A DNA stretch of 62,871 bases, counting the filler, from Licmophora abbreviata (taxonomy: Eukaryota): the NCBI GenBank assembly GCA_900291995.1. It is 35 parts of 35 records of this genome, joined end to end, with 100 filler letters (N's around TTAATTAATTAA, not from the genome) between each part and the next. Parts side by side here need not be neighbours in the genome. Positions count along the whole stretch, not along the records: positions 59,555 to 61,162 come from OLMU01006530.1; positions 61,263 to 62,871 come from OLMU01006531.1; 33 more parts are not named here. The stretch is one strand, 5' to 3'. Positions 59,599 to 62,871 of this stretch are shown in pieces (positions within the stretch are counted from its first letter, which is position 1; each line of letters begins with the position of its first letter). The translations under genes were made by a program, and so were the position numbers. The notes beneath the pieces are model-generated. The model ran no database searches. It saw nothing but the letters and a program-made list of their open reading frames with translations, and had not been told where the DNA came from.

Positions 59599-61162
59599 TC
59601 ATCCGCTCTCAAGGTTCAGGATCGAGGCTCTAAGCTTACGAAACTGGCTTCCCTGCAATGGCTTGGTAAAAAAATCTCCAACCATTTCTTCCGTAGGGCA
59701 GTACTCGATTGACACCTCACCTGACTGCACTCGATCGGTCACGAAGAAGTATCGGATGTTAATGTGCCGCGTCCGCTTGCTACTGGACGCCTTGCCATTC
59801 TTTTCCAAGAGCATTGCACTCTGATTGTCCTGATAGATCTTTGAATCGTTGACGTGGTACCCCTGGCTCTCCAGGAAGTACCTAGTCCAAAGGACCATCG
59901 GCATCACATCCGCCACCCCAACAAGTTCAGCTTCGGTGGAGCTCGTCGTAGTGAGGCGCTGTCGAGTCGACGTCGAGTACACAGAGCCCTTCCCGATAGA
60001 CATGGTAGCTCCCGTGTGACTCCGCATGTCACTGTGGACTGCAAACGAGGCATCCACCCACCACTTCATGATGCGCATGTCATCAGCTTCTAGGGTGAGG
60101 GAGAGCTTTGGCGTGCCCCGCAGGTACTTGATGACTCGTGCGAGCTTCTTGTAGTCATCTTGATCGGGACACTTCACGCGCGTCGTCAGGAATGCAACTG
60201 CCTGTTGTATGTCTGGCCTGGCTCTCTTTGACAGGAACAGCAGTCGCGCCGTCATGCTGTGGAACAAGTCAGACATCGCTCCATCTAGCTTCGTACACTC
60301 GTCGTTAATCTGGAAAAGGTGGTTCGCCGCTGGGGTAGCTGCTGTGCCGACCATGTCGGTTGGGGCATCCTCCAGCACACCCTCCACATAGTCATCCATT
60401 CGGACATGCACTTTTCCTTCGGTTGAGTAGTCAAGTGTCAGTCCGAGGTAGTCGTGTATCTTTCCGCGAGTCACGGTAAGTGGGGCCTCCTTGCCGTATC
60501 GTGTGTTCAGAGTGGCTATCATGTCGTCCACCACTCTCGAGCTCACATGTGATATTTTGAGGTCATCAACATGCCATAGTATCGTGCACTGCTTTCCGTT
60601 GATCACTTTGTTCGCCACGCACGTATCGTATGGATTGAGTTCAAAGCCCCATTCCTTCAGGGCCCCGGTCAGGTCTTTCCAGAACAGTAGTGACGCTTGG
60701 AGCGTCCCATACAACGCCTTTTTCAATTTGACATAGATCGCTGGTTTGCCTTTCTCCTCGACGATGTATTCAGAGTAGAGGTTCTTGTTCACTTTCGTTA
60801 GTAGTTGTGCCAGTGGTCCTTCAAGACGCATGTAGATCTCTTCGTCCATGTCAGCTTGCATGAATGCTCCAGGGATGTCGGCCGTCGCGACGTCGCGCCC
60901 TTCCTTGGCGTCAATGATGCTCGATAGGAAAAGCGATTCCACTGCGACGGTTGGCGCGCTCGTCTCCTCCTTCGTCTTGTACACCCGCTGCTTTCGTCCA
61001 TCGGCGCAGCCCCGTGCCTTGATCCTCCCGCAGCGTTTCTGTTTTAGGAACATAAGGTACGCAAGGGAGGAGCGCTTCTCCTCTCTGGTCAGCATGTTTG
61101 CTTTCTTCGGTTCGATGACTTTCCGGTCGTGTAGTTGTGTCATCTCAGCGACCACTGCGTCT
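59599..61162 (-). mobile_element. pol: Ty1/copia (CoDi-like) reverse transcriptase-RNase H, open frame
   Basis: KARGCADG, ADIPGAFMQA, LKKALYG, WHVDDL, WVDASFA, SSTEAE, QDNQSA, KRTRHINIRYF, DFFTKPL. Confidence 0.97.
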
Positions 61163-61262
61163 NNNNNNNNNNNNNNNNNNNNNNNNNNNNNNNNNNNNNN
61201 NNNNNNTTAATTAATTAANNNNNNNNNNNNNNNNNNNNNNNNNNNNNNNNNNNNNNNNNNNN

Positions 61263-62871
61263 TGCAACCAACACACGCATTATTCAAACAAGCAAGTCCG
61301 GTGCCGGCATTGCGACACTGCCCATTGGATTTGCATTCAACGCAAGTGTTGCCGACGCAATTGGGTCCCACAGCTGATCCGCTGCACTGCCCATTCCGCT
61401 TGCATTCAATGCACGTGTTGTCAACGCAATAGGGCCGAAGATCGCTGCACTGTCTATTGGACTTGCATTCAACGCACCTGTTGCCCACGCAATAGTCTCC
61501 CTCATAGTCTCCGCGATTCTTACATTGCCAATTCGATGAGCAGCCAACGCACGTGTTGTCAACGCACGCACGCCCCCTTCCGGCGTCCAGGCAAATGCGA
61601 TTGGAAGTGCAATCGACGCAAACGTGGTCGGATGCGTTGCATCCCTCCTGCATGCCCATATCGGCACAGGTTAAACAGAAAAGCATATCATCGCCGGTAT
61701 TCGAACTACATTGGATATTTGTCAGACAGGGCACGCATGTTCCTGAATCGCATGCAAAGCCAACACCGTTGTCAACACAGTCCTTTTCGTTCGTACAAGC
61801 CTCTTGATTAGTGTCATCATTCTCAATGGTAGCCGTCGCAGTTGCAGTAGTAATCGTTGCCCCATTTGCCGCATTGCTGATCATCACTGTGAACGTTTCG
61901 TCGAGTTCGACATCCGTATCTCCATTCACTTCCACCGTGATAGACTGGACGGCAACGCCATCCTCAAAAGTAAGCGTCCCTGTGAGCAAAGTGCCATCCA
62001 CAAAATCAGACTCGACTACATCGCCAGCGATGGCATAGTCTACACTTGATACTCCAGTGGCGACGCCACTCCGAGTGACAGTAAAGGAAAAGGCGGTAGT
62101 GCCAGTATCACCTTCGAGCAAGGAAGAGTCGACAGCCACAATGGCAAATGTCGTCTGGGCGTTGCACAATTTGTGTGATGAGAGAGACCGTGCACAAAGA
62201 AACGACCACCTCAACCTAAACAGACTACTTACATTGTCACTGGGTTCGGGAGCCTCGGTCGGAAACATGGCCGTCGGTGGTGGGCTTGGAGTGGGTTGGA
62301 ACTCAAGTGGTATTTCAGATAGCTGATGGGACGAAAGAAAGTCCCATGCCAAAGCTGTTGTGTCGATCGTAGTAGAAACCGCGTAGGGCCGAGGAGGTGC
62401 AAACTCTAGAGCAAGGGCGTATGGCGAATGTCCTCCAGTGGACAGACTCAGGAATTGAACAGTGGCGTCATCGGAACACCCTGTCGACGTACGAGTCGTC
62501 AACTGTCCCGCTTCAAACAAAGTGTTCATTTCAGGAATGGCCAGTACTTCCTCACTTTGCTCTGTACAGCCATTCAGCTCAGAAAATTCAAGAAATGTCG
62601 CTCCAAACGAAGGCGCGTACGAGCCTTCGGCGTCAATTCCCTCAATTGACACTATGGTATCACTCTCCCCCATTATGGCCCATATCGGCGTCGGTGTGTA
62701 ATCAGCTGCAGGTGGAGTCACCCAATATCCAGCGAAACATGCCACACCGGCGATGAAGTCCGACTGCATCATTGCCATGCCGAAGACGGCATAGCATCCA
62801 TTCGAGTGCCCGGTCATGTAGATTCGACGTGGATCGATCTCGATGGCACCCGAGGTGAAGACTGAAAGCTG
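61263..62871 (-). CDS. Multidomain extracellular protein: PHB-depolymerase/LpqC-like esterase + Calx-beta + Cys-rich repeats; intron 62155-62232
   Basis: IYMTGHSNG nucleophile elbow, G.SD and GGH; EGDTGT..FSFTVTRSG...GTLTF.DG...GDTDVE.DETF Calx-beta; repeats C..N..C...CV.N.CV.C. Confidence 0.85.

Overview
This window is not a contiguous locus. It is 35 short contigs (about 1.6-1.8 kb, roughly decreasing in length) joined by an artificial 100-nt spacer (N44-TTAATTAATTAA-N44, stops in all six frames), so adjacency across spacers means nothing. About 30 contigs are eukaryotic and diatom-like: short GT-AG introns, frataxin, SNRNP40, WDR3, CLN3, gamma-CA, GDP-mannose transporter, LRR, sulfotransferase, an MsrA-like gene and others. 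They carry a varied mobilome: Ty1/copia (CoDi-like) gag, LTR and pol, a DIRS/Ngaro-type element, a Crypton-like tyrosine recombinase, a hAT transposase and a possible KDZ remnant. Five GC-rich contigs come from a co-assembled Rhodobacteraceae bacterium (accD, ilvD, ribB, ribH-nusB, sdhE, smc, 6S RNA). The best leads are: (1) a 175-bp copia LTR whose primer-binding site is complementary to the LTR itself rather than to a tRNA 3' end (Tf1-like self-priming); (2) an intronless, virus-like PhyH-type 2OG-Fe(II) dioxygenase; (3) a bacterial-type adhesin domain amplified as phase-0 exon modules, with a paralog truncated beside a Crypton-like recombinase; (4) a 17-bp dimeric satellite showing CpG decay. 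Several frameshifts sit in homopolymers and are probably sequencing errors. All family assignments come from motif recognition, not database searches.
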